Positions 41,690-55,309 of a stretch of DNA of 64,000 bases are shown in pieces; positions within the stretch are counted from its first letter, which is position 1; every line of letters starts with the position of its first letter. The notes beneath the pieces were generated by a model. That model was not told where the DNA came from. It saw nothing but the letters and a program-made list of their open reading frames with translations, and did not search any database. Origin of the DNA: Octopus vulgaris (lineage: Eukaryota); the NCBI GenBank assembly GCA_951406725.2, contig OX597816.1, positions 82,770,001 to 82,834,000 of the forward strand. The letters run 5' to 3'. The translations under genes and the position numbers were made by a program.

Positions 41690-42080
41690 AGTTATGTATA
41701 GAATTTCTTCTATTTGCCTCAGTCATTGGGCTGCAGCTACGCAGTTTAGTCGAATAAATCAACCATCCTGGTACTTATACTTTTGAACTATTGTTCTACC
41801 GGCCCCTTTCGTTGAACCGCTAAGATACTGGGATGGGAATAAACCAACAGCGGTTGACAAACGAAGAATCGGAGGAGGATCAAACACAAACAGAAAGATT
41901 CTCTCCACCGACATACCTCAATACACACACACACACACACACGACTAACTTCAACATAGTTTCCGTCTTCTTAATTTACTCACACGTCATTGGTTGGCCC
42001 GGGCCTATAGTAGAATATACTTGGGCAATATGGCGCGCAGTGAAATTGAATCCGAAACCACGTTGTTGGAAATCGAGCTG
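41690..42080 (-). mobile_element. Diverged SINE of the 18222 family
   Basis: Recognisable head (GGTTTCGGATTCAATTTCACTGCG) and tail (GCTGCAGCCCAATGACTGA). Confidence 0.6.
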
Positions 42081-43899
42081 TCTATAATGTACTGTAACCA
42101 TTAAATATAAAGAACAACACAAAAGATACAATGCCTATCACATGATTGAAATTTCCAGACTCTGATCTCGACGTGCGAAATTAAACAGAAAATACGTTCA
42201 GTGCCCACTATATAACAAGGCTTTGGCAAAGGCGCATGGTTTACTGGTTAAGGTGTCCGATTCCCAGTGGCGCGCTGTGTCCTTGAGCGGAACATTTTAT
42301 TTCCCGTTGCCCCATTCCTCTCACCTAGTAAAAATGAGTAGTACCTCTCTATCAAAGGGTTAGCCATTTCACATCCTTGTGTTACGCTGAATCTCCCCGA
42401 GAACTACGTTAAGGGTATGCGTGTCTGTGGAGTAATCAGTCACTTGAACCTTAATTTCACGAGCTGGCTTTTCCGTTGATCGGACCAACTGGACTCCTAG
42501 ATGTCGTAACCGACGGAGTGCAAGTTCGAGTCTTTGATGTAAATCCGCCCCGAGCTCACAGGCTTCAAACTAAACCTCTTGAAAAAAACAAAAAAAAAAA
42601 CAAAACAAAAAAAACATTTGCCTTTTCAAGAAGTTTAGTTTAGAGTACAAGACTTCACTGAACGGGTCGCCAATCCATCGCAGGGTTAACTCTTCGCCTC
42701 ACCCAGCCTGAGATTCAATCTACAATCGTGAGTCCAATACTCCAACCTCTAGGTACGAGCTTTCACTGTCTGATGAAAACATCAAGAAATAATATATTAT
42801 TTCTGGCATATTACGTAATGTCAAAGATATCGTTCATAGGAAAGAGTCTCTCTTTAGTCATTCTAGCTGCTAGAAATTGAAGTGAAATCCCAATCTAACA
42901 CAGTGAAAAAGTAGATCATATTGGTCATTGCCATCCTAGACATATTTTACCTAAAGCGTATAAAATATTAATTGAGAAAATATGTTGTTTACCAATTCCG
43001 GACAGGACGTTCCTTACTTTGCCTTATACAAATTTTGTTGATTGACATTTCTTTATATTATTCAGTTGATTGACATTTCTTGATATCATTCATTTATCAT
43101 ATCCCCATATGCACAACCCTAAAATCTCTTAGGCCCTACAGAGGTATATGCAGTGTTCAGAGATGAGTAGCACCTCTTGCAGAAAGGCATGTATTCCTTT
43201 GAGAATATCACGATGGTATTTTACAGCTGATAAATGAAGATGTATGTTGGTGGTTGCATGAATAATAACTGATAAAAAAATTCGAAAATTTAGCTGAAAT
43301 ATTTATTGCTGTACATAAAGATATTAAGTGTTAGCTACTTACAAAGAACAACATTAATAATTACTCACAGGGATAGAGAGAAAAATCGCGCCGCATAAGC
43401 AGAAGTTACTTAAGAGACATTGTGTGAATGTTAAGAAAGTGTTTGTCTGAGAACCTGGGGGTGTCTGCAGTTTAAGAAGAGTGGAGGCGCATGTCACTCA
43501 GTTGGTTTCAACGTTCTGCGATTAACTGAGTGGCAAAACGGTTTCTTATAAGGTACAAGAAGAGCATTCTAGACAACAATATCACGCTAGTTTCACACTG
43601 ATTGGTTGCTCACTAGACCGATCACGTGAAACTGTAGTGGTTCGCTCATGGCGTTTGACGGTTATCTAGCAGCTGAGGTTTCGAATTATCACTACAGGAA
43701 CAAGTCACTTTTGGTCCCAGGATACCTTACTCTTACCTGTGGTTTCAAGAAGCTGTAGCTTGCATAGAAGTTACACCAAGGAAAACTCCTTCGCCAGGCA
43801 GATTAAACTAGTTGAAGGTATCCGTTAGATTTCAATCACTTGATTAGTTAGTGAGTGTCTACTCAGTAATTTGAAGACTAAATCTGGTGGATAGTGTGG

Positions 43900-44280
43900 A
43901 TGAGAACTATAGTTGATCCACCGGTAAAAAAAAAAGTCGGTTTTCTGCAAGATGGAGATGTGGAAGCGTTTGTAAGAACGGGTTCTTTGAAGCAAACGTA
44001 TGAAATTTTTGAAGTTAAGTTTCCGGGTGAAGGCTTACCGCACCCATAAAAAAAAATTAAAAAGATACAAATAATGGTGAAAAAGGGGTGCGCTACGGGG
44101 TTTGTGAACAACACCCCCAAACAAAGAAATCCTTCTGTTCGAACGCCGGAAGTTATTCAGGACGTTAACGAGGATTGCTCGAAGTCCAAAGAAGTCAACA
44201 GGAGCTCATATTAGCAAACGTTGAAAAGTCTCAAGTTGAAGCCATATCATTTCACACGTGTACAACAATTAATAGCCTAC
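43900..44280 (+). mobile_element. Tc1-like transposase N-terminal remnant
   Basis: FEVKFPGEGLP and LKSLKLKPYHFTRVQQL. Confidence 0.5.
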
Positions 44281-44724
44281 ATTTTCGGTCGAAATAAGAC
44301 AATGACACTTGCATTCGAAGGGCTTAGAGCTTTTTCGTGTGCGTAAATTTATTTCTATATTTAATGTTATACTTGGGTTACTTTTTCGTGTATTAAGTTA
44401 AACATGGCTTTGCTCCCGCAAAAGCCAAAACCCAAGTTATGCATATATCTATATATGTGTCTATATGTAAGTATTTATGTAATTATTATTTGAGGGAATA
44501 AAATCCAAACTTACAAGGAAAAAGAATTCAATTTAGAATACTAAATCAAATTCCACACAAATTAATATATATATAAAATATATACATTATATTATTTTTG
44601 TAATTTACTTAATCTTTACTTTTTAATTGTTATTTTAATTTAAACTTTTCTATTATATGTAATTTTCGAATTGATAAAAAGTGTTTTTTTTCTAATATTT
44701 TATATGTATGTATGTATATATGTA

Positions 44725-44813
<89 letters not shown>

Positions 44814-44895
44814 TTTGGCTCGCTCTGACACTGAGGTGAGATAATGCCTTCTAGTATCTCAAAATTTAATATACAATTATTCATAATTGTAGTAT

Positions 44896-44987
44896 CCTAC
44901 GCCGATGAGAAAAGAAGTTTGGGTAAGGTAGAATTTTCTAATTCTTATGCTTTCCTAAAACTTGATTTCGAAACGTACGTCCGTAGG
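44896..44987 (+). ncRNA. Type I hammerhead motif (U4C variant, GUC site)
   Basis: CCTACG CCGATGA GAAA..AAGTTT..AAACTT..TTTC GAAA CGTACG TC CGTAGG. Confidence 0.78.
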
Positions 44988-45169
44988 TAACTTAAAATTG
45001 TATGATAGATTGCCGTCATCTCATTCTTTCTTACCTGTCTGTGTTTGCCTTTCAAGTGCTGTGTTTTTACTGAGATCTCCCTTTTAGTAGAAGGAATAGC
45101 TATATCTCTTTGACTGCTATTTCTAAATTCGGTGTGTGGCGAGGCAATTCGTTGCTAAACCCTTAATTG

Positions 45170-45799
<630 letters not shown>

Positions 45800-48700
45800 T
45801 TCCGGTTTTCGTAGAGGAAAGACGTGTTTGCTTTTGCTCTTTGAAAAAAACAAAAAGGTTTCCATAAATCGACGAAATAATCTACTAAAAGTAACAAAAC
45901 GTAGAACTTGTTAACTCATAAAATCTACTAAAATACATTAATTAAAAATATATTAATTAAAACGTAATATAAAGCCAAATATAATACAGTAAAGTTAGTT
46001 ACGCATGCTAGATTCTTCGCCGAAAAAGCACGTGGTGGCAAGTCTTTAATTTATCTCCAGCCAAATGTAAGAAGGAAAAAGAATTGTTTTCTTTTCTGTT
46101 GTGAAAGAAAACTTCTTCGTACAAGCACGAGGGTTTGGACTGTACCATTTACGATAAGTATCGCTTCCAGTTTGTTTTATTAATCTTTTATTTTCCTTTA
46201 ATATAAGCTAACATCTCAGTTACGATTTACGACGCCATCTTTGTTTATATTCTGAGAATAACTTTCTTTCAATTTCTGTTTCGCTTTCAATCTACCTTTA
46301 ATGTCATCTCTATAAAACCAACATTTAAAAATTCTTTTCATATATTTATTTTCCTGTAATTGGTTTAGAATTAAATAATTCCTTCATTTCCTCACTTTCT
46401 TCTATCTCCTCTCTCCTCCCTTACATATATTCCCCCACTTCCAGTTCCTTTCTCCCTTCCTTTATCTCTCTTTACGCTTACCCTTCCCTCTCTCTTGCAT
46501 ATCTTACTCTTTTTCTCATCTCTCCTCCTCCCTTTCATATCCTCCTCTTCTCTCATTTCTCTTTCCTTTCCATCTCACATCTGCCTCTCCTCTTGTCACC
46601 TCACCCTCTCTTTCATATACTTCTCATTCGCCCATTTTTCTCACTCCGTCTCTCCCTCTCTCTCACATCCTTCATCCTGTCTCTCCTTCACTCTATCTCT
46701 CTTTCTCTTGCTATCCTCTCCCTCCCTCTGTTTCTCTTTCTCTTCCCTCCTCTCCTTCACTCTGCCTCTCTTTCTCTTCCCCTCTTCTCCTTCACTCTGT
46801 CTCTCCTTCTCTCCTCTCCCCTCCCCTACCTTCCTCTATCTCTTTAACACACCACACCCCCTTGCTTTCCTCCTATCACCCTCTCGATTTCTTTCATAGC
46901 ACCTCTCTCTTTCCTTCATATCTCCCTCCTCCTATCTTTCCCTATTTCCCCCTCTGTGTTTCTCCGTCTCTACCTCTCTCTATCCCTCATTACCTCTGTA
47001 GCCTCTACTCCCCCTCTGGACTTCAAAACGAAGATGGCACCAAGGTGGGAAAAGAAAGAGTTAGATCTTCTGCCAAGAGCATGGACAATTGCTAGTGGCG
47101 ATCCGCCGAACAACATCATCACTGCCGCGCTAAAGAACAATGGATTTCATAGAAGCATTGACCAAATAGAACGAAAAACAGGCGAATTTATCCGCTCTTA
47201 CATGCTTATAAGACCACACATCAAAACACTGGATCAAATAATTGAAAATTATTGTGGCAAGGCTGATGAGGATGCAGAGGACGAAAAAGAGAAGGAAGCC
47301 GGAAGTCTCCGTGATCCAGGGGTTCCTCAGGAAAATGGATCACCTACCCCGGTGAACGACCAGGTAGTGAAGGATAGGGGAGCCAAGGGAGCAGAAACCG
47401 GAAGCCCCCTGTACCAATGGTCCTACAAAGAAATGAAAAATTACAAAAACAGAAGAAAAAAGGAAGGACCGAAAACAAAAATAAGGAGGGAAAAGGAGGA
47501 AAAGGCAAAACAACCAAAGCTGAAACCCCAACCCACCACACAAACAGCAGAGAACCCCATGGAGGATCCAATGCCACTCAGTACACTTCAGGAAAGAAGA
47601 AATCTGGAAGGGGCCGAAGAACCTGTAAATTCTACCTGCGGGGCAAATGTTGGCATGGTGAGGACGACAAAAACTGCCGGTTCGCCCACCCGACACCCCG
47701 ACAGAACTTCAGGGGACTCAAAGAGAAAAGCTCTACCGAGGGAACACAAAAAATGTCTCCCAGGAAACATTGTGTCAAAAACGAAGTGCGCTCCTCAGAT
47801 GTTCTGCGCAACGCAGCAGCTGAGCAAGAGTCTTTTTATGCATGGCACAAAGAATTGTCCGGCAGCTAACCTGGCTACACCAAGCACAGAGAAGGAACCC
47901 TGCCCACCACTATGCAAGACCACCACAGTCAACAGACACGGGATGGCCTCCCCTAACGCCTGCACAGCCGTCACCCCAATACTTTTACTAAATATTGGGG
48001 GCCTGTTGCATCAAAATAGAAACAAAATTTCTTTCCTGAGAGATCTTACTGCATGCAATCAAGCCCTATGCATAGCACTTGTGGAAACTCACCTCAACCC
48101 TGATATAGAGGACGCAGAAGTACACATACCAAACTATGCCATACTGCGAACAGACAGAAGGGAAAGGAGCCATGGTGGAGTTGCTGTATACATCCGAGAT
48201 GACCTCACACCCCAGGTCTTAATGACATACTCAAATTCGGTATGTGACACTTTAATTGTATACATAAGACAACATAATATAGTCATATGCAATACATATT
48301 GCCCACCGGATGCCCCAAATCACACAGGCAAGTTTGAAGATTGCCTCACAAGAATTAAAGAAATCCTCATGAATCTGGAACACCACGTGACCATATTTCT
48401 TATGGGTGATTTCAACTTCCCCAACGTCAAATGGCCCGAAGGTCACATACTCTCAGGAATGAATCATTGCAAGCAAGTACAGGTGGAGTCCCTGCTCAAC
48501 CTCACCAATGCCTTATTCATGGAGCAAGTTGTACTCAAGCCAACTAGGGCGAATAACATTCTGGATCTCTGCTTCACGAACAATATGGACATCATTCATG
48601 ATGTGAAAGTGACACCGACATCAGTTTCGGATCACAACATAATAGAGCTGTCTATGTTTGGGCCAAAAGTAACCAGAGACATACAGCCTAAAGGAAGCAC

Positions 48701-51010
48701 CCGAAATCTCTCCAATCTGAACTTCCACAAAGCAGATTGGAAATCGATCCAAAAAGAGATCCTCAGAGAGGACTGGCCGGAATGTCTCTCCACACCAGAC
48801 ATTGACATGAAACTAGAATGTTTCATGTCTTCTGTGCAAGCCGTATGCCAGAAATATGTCCCAGAGCACAAGGCCAAAACAAATAGGAGCAAGATTCCAA
48901 GAGACAGGAAGATCCTCATGAGACGACGGACGAAGGTTGCAAATCGTCTCAACCAACATCCCAAAAGTAGCGAAACGTCCCGCCTAAAAACAACACTGAT
49001 GGAGATCGAAAAAAGGCTGCAACAATCCTATGTGAAGGAGAAAGCAGACAAAGAAGCCTGGGTTATAAAAAACATTAAATCAAACCCAAAGGCCTTCTTT
49101 CATTACGCGAAAGAAACAGTCTCAGTGCACTACAAGATAGGACCCCTCCTCCAAAAGGATGGCTCCCTCACAGACAGTCCAACTAAGATCAGTGAGATGC
49201 TGAATGACCAGTTCAAAAGTGTCTTTACCACCCCGTTGGAACACAGACAAGTGAACGAACCAGTGGACTTCTTTGCCGCCTCACCTATAACCAGCGAGGC
49301 GGTTACAATAGAATGTATTGACATTAGCGAAAAAGATGTCCTACTAGCCATAGATGAAGTGGACACAAACTCAGCTGCTGGTCCAGATGGTTTCCCAGCC
49401 ATCCTCCTCAAAGCGTGTAAGCATGCCCTGGCAAAACCCCTCAAGATTCTCTTCCAGAGCTTTCTTGCGAATGGCAAACTGCCAAGCAAGCTGAAGGAGG
49501 GAATAATATGCCCAATACATAAAGGGGGAAGTAGAGCAGATGCCAAAAACTATAGGCCTATCTCTCTGACTTCACACATCAGCAAAGTCATGGAACGGAT
49601 AGTCAGAAAGAAACTAATCGCATTCCTTGAGGAAAATAACTTGCTGAGTGATACCCAGCATGGTTTTCGACCAGGTAGGAGCTGCCTGACCCAGCTCTTA
49701 CAACATTATGACTGGGTGTTGAGGCAGTTACTCAACAAATCAAATGTGGACGTAATCTACCTTGATTTTGCAAAAGCTTTTGACAAGGTGGATCATGGTA
49801 TGATATGCCACAAACTGCGTGACCTCGGCATAGCTGGAAAACTTGGAGTGTGGTTACATGACTTCCTGAAAGATAGGAGTCAGGCAGTAGTGGTTAATGG
49901 AGCCACCTCTATGAACACACAAATAGTGAGCGGTGTTCCACAGGGCACTGTCTTGGGACCACTGCTTTTTATAGTGGCCCTCTCAGATATGCCCTCAAAT
50001 GCCCGGATAGCCACTCTGGCCAGCTATGCAGACGATACGAAAGTCTCGCAGAAAATACAGAACCCCAGCGATGTTGCACACCTGCAGCAGGAGTTGGACT
50101 CAATCTACAGATGGGCTGAGGATAATAATATGCAGTTTAATGCTGAAAAATTCCAGGCCCTGCGCTACCAGCATCCAAAACTGAATATTAAACTTACAGG
50201 ATACACCGGTCCACAGGGAATTTCAATCCCAGAGCCTAAGTCTGTGAGGGACCTGGGTATCGACATGAGTGATGATACCTCTTTCCAAGTGCACATTACC
50301 AGGATGGCGACAAAGTGCAGACGACTGGCTGGGTGGATCCTAAGAACATTCAGAACCAGAGATAAGGAAACCATGATGGTCCTCTGGCGGACATTCGTCC
50401 TCAGCCGCCTGGATTACTGCTCACAGCTATGGTCACCCACCAGTGTAAAATTAACAGCGGACCTTGAAGCAATCCAGAGAAGATTCACAAAGAAGATCGT
50501 CTCTTTGCAACAGCTCAGCTACTGGGAAAGGTTGAAACAGCTAAGACTCTACTCCCTGGAGAGAAGACGGGAGAGGTATGCAGTAATATATGTCTGGAAG
50601 ATCCTGGAAGGAATTGTGCCAAATTTTGGCATTGTAAGCTACACCAATGCTAGAACGGGACGACACTGCATAGTGCCAAAGATCCCAGCAATGCCATCAC
50701 GCTTCAGGACCAGCTTCTGCAACAGCCTGGGTTTCAAGGGCCCACAGCTTTTTAATATTCTCCCAAAGAGTCTGAGGAACTTGCACAAAGTAGATGTAGC
50801 GGTTTTTAAATCAAAGCTGGACATCTTCCTGTCGAGAGTCCCGGATGAACCTACCTCACGGCAAGAGGTGCAAATGAGAGTAGCTCTATCAAACTCCATT
50901 CTTCACCAAGTGCCACATATTAGACGAGGTTCGTCGCAATAACAGTGTAGCACAAAACAGCGGTGCATCAGCATGGCCGCAACTCTGAGCTGAAACTAGA
51001 GAAGAAAAAA
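45800..51010 (+). mobile_element. Full-length, apparently intact CR1-group LINE
   Basis: ~1.2-kb 5' UTR with a long pyrimidine tract, a single long ORF and a short structured 3' UTR; both ends abut (TA)n. Confidence 0.92.
47034..50942 (+). CDS. LINE polyprotein (1302 aa): Myb/SANT-like + APE endonuclease + reverse transcriptase
   Basis: ATG at 47034 (AAGATGG); LLNIGGL, LVETHL, GGVAVYI, MGDFN, LDLCFTN, SDH (APE); [43 protein letters not shown] (RT); no stops. Confidence 0.92.
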   Translation: MAPRWEKKELDLLPRAWTIASGDPPNNIITAALKNNGFHRSIDQIERKTGEFIRSYMLIRPHIKTLDQIIENYCGKADEDAEDEKEKEAGSLRDPGVPQENGSPTPVNDQVVKDRGAKGAETGSPLYQWSYKEMKNYKNRRKKEGPKTKIRREKEEKAKQPKLKPQPTTQTAENPMEDPMPLSTLQERRNLEGAEEPVNSTCGANVGMVRTTKTAGSPTRHPDRTSGDSKRKALPREHKKCLPGNIVSKTKCAPQMFCATQQLSKSLFMHGTKNCPAANLATPSTEKEPCPPLCKTTTVNRHGMASPNACTAVTPILLLNIGGLLHQNRNKISFLRDLTACNQALCIALVETHLNPDIEDAEVHIPNYAILRTDRRERSHGGVAVYIRDDLTPQVLMTYSNSVCDTLIVYIRQHNIVICNTYCPPDAPNHTGKFEDCLTRIKEILMNLEHHVTIFLMGDFNFPNVKWPEGHILSGMNHCKQVQVESLLNLTNALFMEQVVLKPTRANNILDLCFTNNMDIIHDVKVTPTSVSDHNIIELSMFGPKVTRDIQPKGSTRNLSNLNFHKADWKSIQKEILREDWPECLSTPDIDMKLECFMSSVQAVCQKYVPEHKAKTNRSKIPRDRKILMRRRTKVANRLNQHPKSSETSRLKTTLMEIEKRLQQSYVKEKADKEAWVIKNIKSNPKAFFHYAKETVSVHYKIGPLLQKDGSLTDSPTKISEMLNDQFKSVFTTPLEHRQVNEPVDFFAASPITSEAVTIECIDISEKDVLLAIDEVDTNSAAGPDGFPAILLKACKHALAKPLKILFQSFLANGKLPSKLKEGIICPIHKGGSRADAKNYRPISLTSHISKVMERIVRKKLIAFLEENNLLSDTQHGFRPGRSCLTQLLQHYDWVLRQLLNKSNVDVIYLDFAKAFDKVDHGMICHKLRDLGIAGKLGVWLHDFLKDRSQAVVVNGATSMNTQIVSGVPQGTVLGPLLFIVALSDMPSNARIATLASYADDTKVSQKIQNPSDVAHLQQELDSIYRWAEDNNMQFNAEKFQALRYQHPKLNIKLTGYTGPQGISIPEPKSVRDLGIDMSDDTSFQVHITRMATKCRRLAGWILRTFRTRDKETMMVLWRTFVLSRLDYCSQLWSPTSVKLTADLEAIQRRFTKKIVSLQQLSYWERLKQLRLYSLERRRERYAVIYVWKILEGIVPNFGIVSYTNARTGRHCIVPKIPAMPSRFRTSFCNSLGFKGPQLFNILPKSLRNLHKVDVAVFKSKLDIFLSRVPDEPTSRQEVQMRVALSNSILHQVPHIRRGSSQ

Positions 51011-51030
51011 AATATATATACATACATAAA

Positions 51031-51069
<39 letters not shown>

Positions 51070-51200
51070 CAAGACGAGGACAACCTATTGCAATGTACTC
51101 CACGGTGTGTTGCAGCATGTGCGTACGTGTATAAGTTGTCTAAAAGGCCATAAGTCAGGAAAAATGCACTCGTATATCTGTCAATAGAGTGAGTATATCA

Positions 51201-51727
51201 TCTGAAGTGCACAGTATTATATATCCATCACAACTGATCATACCAATCGGTTTCGCACTAGGGGTACAACGGAGTGTTAAGTAACAATCCGATAATATAA
51301 CCCTACGCTCATCAGATGTAGCCGATATGGAACGAAATATGGTGACTGCTCTCTATTGTTGGAGGTGAAAGGACATATCCGGTTTGCGGTTGCTATGAAA
51401 GGATAATGAAATGAACCGGGTAGAGGATTTAGTTAAGAGTTCTGTCCCTTAGTACCCAGTAGCAATGTCTCAGTAACAAAGAACAGAACTCTTTGCTAAA
51501 TCCCCTACCCAGTTCGTTTCATCATCCTTTCACAGCAACCGCAAACCAGATGTGTCCTTTCACCAGCAACAAAAGAGAGCAGTCGCCATATTTCATTCCA
51601 TATCGGCTTCCTCTGATGAGCGTAGGGTTGTATAATCGGATTGTTACCTAAAACTCCGTTGTACCCCGAGCGCGAAACCGACTGGTAAGATCAGCTGTAA
51701 TGGATATATAATACTGTACACTTCGGA
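51201..51727. repeat. ~250-bp-arm inverted repeat with a hammerhead in each arm
   Basis: Plus 51610-51690 CTGATGA GCG..CGC GAAA CCgactGG TA AGA; minus 51236-51318 CTGATGA GCG..TGC GAAA CCgattGG TA. Confidence 0.85.
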
Positions 51728-54700
51728 TAACATACATACATACATACATACATACATATTAGTTGTATATATGTATATATATTTACATGCCTATATTTAC
51801 GTATGTTCAGTATGCTATGGGTGTATGTGTGCGAATGTGTGACTCTCTTACAGAATATTTTGGTATTTTGCCTACATCATAAAAGTCAAGTTGGAATATT
51901 TCCATGCATCTTTCAATAATTTCGATTAACTATTTCAGAGTAAAATAAATTTCAATGAATTATATATAGAGTAGTGTTTGAAGCATACATGTTCATAGCA
52001 ATGTTTTTGCATTATGTATGTTAGGCTATCTGGCCAAATGTTCCGTATAAAATAATAGACTTTGATTCAGTGAATGAAACACTAAGACTGCGTTACTTGA
52101 TATACTTTCGACCGCCATCATTAAACGTTATCAGAAACGAATTAACAAGGGAACCTCTACTCACTAGTTCGACCTGCTAAAAATAGTAGGCCGAATTTCA
52201 CTCAGATCAATACACCCTCTACCATCTCAAATTAACAAGGACAGCTTTGTCCACAATATACGAACAAATAGAGTGTTAACCGTTGGAACGCCTTTTGATC
52301 ATATGCCTGCTCAATTAGAGTTGATCTGTGACTAAACAAATAATAAGAACTTAAACAAAATCATCATATCACCATCTCAACTACCAAACTCTGCATTATC
52401 ACTACCACCGTCGCTGCCGTTTGCATAGTTTTCATATTGCATTTTTACTTCTCTTTTCAAGTATTTTTCTTTTCTTTTCTTCTTTCGATTTGCTTATAAA
52501 ATATTTATAGATTATTGTGAGAAGTAGTAATTGGGTGAATCGATACGGTACCGAACAACTGCCCGAAGACTCTTAGGGCATTGTCTTCTAACAAAGCACA
52601 GGCCATGTCCTCAGAAGCAGAACTGTGTATTTATCCATTGCTAAACCTAGGTTTAAGGAGAAAGAAAGAGGTTGCCGTCCCTAGTTACATATATATTTAC
52701 GATACAACGACTTAGTCCCTTCTAGGAGTCCTCAATTCTTTTGATCTTGCGGTGCACTTGATTGTACTAGAGTATAAATACAAAAAAAAAAAAAAAAAAA
52801 CTGGTGTACTTGCATGGGAAATTAAAAACAACTACGTTTTAAATTGAAAAACTAGTGAATACTGAAAACTATTCATCTCGTTTCATCAATCATTCTTTCT
52901 TCGTGTATAACAAAATTATAATAGTGTTGTTCAAGATTTTCAGGTATTAACAGTGGTATATTTAAAAGAAAACAGAGAACACCCAGATAGCCCCTGTAAC
53001 CTACTGTGTAAAACTACTGTCCTCCGTAGCCGCTCATGCTGTTAGATGTAGCAACCAAATCATCTTCATACCATACACTATCGTTTAAAAAAAAATACCG
53101 CCCCCCACCAAAAACAAACAAACAAACAAACACTCGTTTGATAATGTAGTCCTGGAAACATTCTGTCTGAAAAAAGCGATCGGATGATTACATTCAGGCT
53201 AATAAGAGAATTCTTTTCAATTGCTTTACGAGCTTTATAAGGTGGGATTTATTTGCTACCTTGCGGAAACCACTGTCTTTTATCCGCAAGTTCTCTTCAT
53301 TGTGGCCTGTGAGTCTGATAGTATCCGTGCTGCTCTGGGTCCGATAAGGCGTGTATAGATCTGTCCTTTCATTCAAATGTACACGTATCAAATCGTGTTG
53401 CATCTATAACATCCATTACATTTGCTGTAATCTAACTTGCAGAAAATGTCTCAACCACATTTTGGTGCTGTGGATAGGGCAGTTGGCTAGCATGCAAAGA
53501 AAGTCAGAGTCGGAAAGCCGTTTCTTTAATAGGTACTTCTACAGCGAAGGACTTAAATGGACCAGCTGCATATTTAGCTTCATGTTGATTACAGCGTTTT
53601 CTTTTCTCATCTCGTAGAAGTGTAGTTGTTGGCTGAGTTATTCCGTATATTGGGCTTGTTATTGACTAGCAAACGATTTTGGGTACCCGTTCCTTTGGTA
53701 ACCCGACCCCGCTGTCCCGCTACAGATGTTAATTATTCAGAAGAACTTGTTCTGTAGGTAATTGGTTTTGATACTGGAAGGAGAAGAGGACTTAAAATAG
53801 AAAAACGTTCTTACATATAGCTTCCTTTTATAAATTGGTGTTGATGGTTGCTTTTCTCTGTGATTCTCAGTTGGAAATCCAGCCGGCGAAGAAGATATCT
53901 TGTATCACTGGAGTGTTTCATGCTGACTCATGTGTTCATTAATATTGCTTTCAAATTTTGGCACTAGGCCAGCAATTTTGGGGGAGGGGTAAGTCGATTA
54001 CATCGATTCCAGTGTTCGACTGATATTTCTCTTATCGACCCCGAACAGATGAAAGGCAAAGTCGAACTCGGCGGAATTTGAACTTAGAGCATAAAGACGG
54101 ATGAAATGCTTGTTAAGCATTTTGCCCGGCGTGGTAACGATTCTGCCTGCTCATCGCCTTCTTGCATTCATTAATATTAACGAACGTATCGCATAGTGTG
54201 TCTGGCTTTTCATAAGATGATAGAAATATATCATCCAAACATCTGGTGAAAAGTGGACAACAGGTTTTAACGTTCTACGTTCCAGTTTATCCACATAGGC
54301 GATGGCCAGATAAGCCGTCAGATTGTATTCTTTGCGTAAACCTAAGGTATGTATGCGAGGTTATTCTTGTAAATGTATCTAAAACGAAACCTTGTGGCTG
54401 ATCTTGACATTCCCACGAGCCGCCGTACAATGCAGTTTGATTACATTATTTCCTTGTGCATGCGTGCCCTTTATTCTTCCCAGCCAATAATCACGCAAGA
54501 CAATTACAACCTTGCTTTACTCACACTTCTACAACACGTAGTCTTACAACATTTACACACAGACGCTAAAAACCTCTTGTATTTAGCAATCTTTAAAAAA
54601 GGTTAGTTTTACTTGAAATATTGAGTTATTATATATTTTAAAGTGAAAATTTACAGTTCTTATTTGCACTTAGTCCTTCCTCGATCGCATAGCCTTGATA

Positions 54701-54759
54701 TTCTAAATCTAATTTAGTTTAATATTGTCAAGTAAACTACATGTTTATTCTCCCTCTCT

Positions 54760-54833
<74 letters not shown>

Positions 54834-55012
54834 ATATTAGGGAATAAATCCAAATTTACAGGGAAAAATCAGATTTAGGATTGAATCCAATTTTATAGTA
54901 AAATATAATATAATATTAATTTGAGACAAAACCACTATTATGCAAATCAAACAAAGAAAGACTTAATCCAATACATAAAAAAATTTATATAAATTAAATA
55001 TAATTAAGATAT

Positions 55013-55057
55013 CCACTACGATCGTTTCTTGTCACTTCTATGGACATTCATCAGGTG
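55013..55057 (-). ncRNA. Type I hammerhead motif
   Basis: CAC CTGATGA ATGTC..GACAA GAAA CGATCG TA GTGG. Confidence 0.7.
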
Positions 55058-55154
55058 TTACAAGACCTTCTTTGGATATCTTAATTTATATAAAATTTTT
55101 TATGTATTGGATTAAGTCTTTGTTTGATTTGCATAATAGTGGTTTTGTCTCTAA

Positions 55155-55309
<155 letters not shown>

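Noticed and set aside
46956-47033. Upstream non-ATG start of the LINE ORF in the ORF track
   Set aside because: The first ATG, in good context, is at 47034; the extension lies in the pyrimidine-rich UTR
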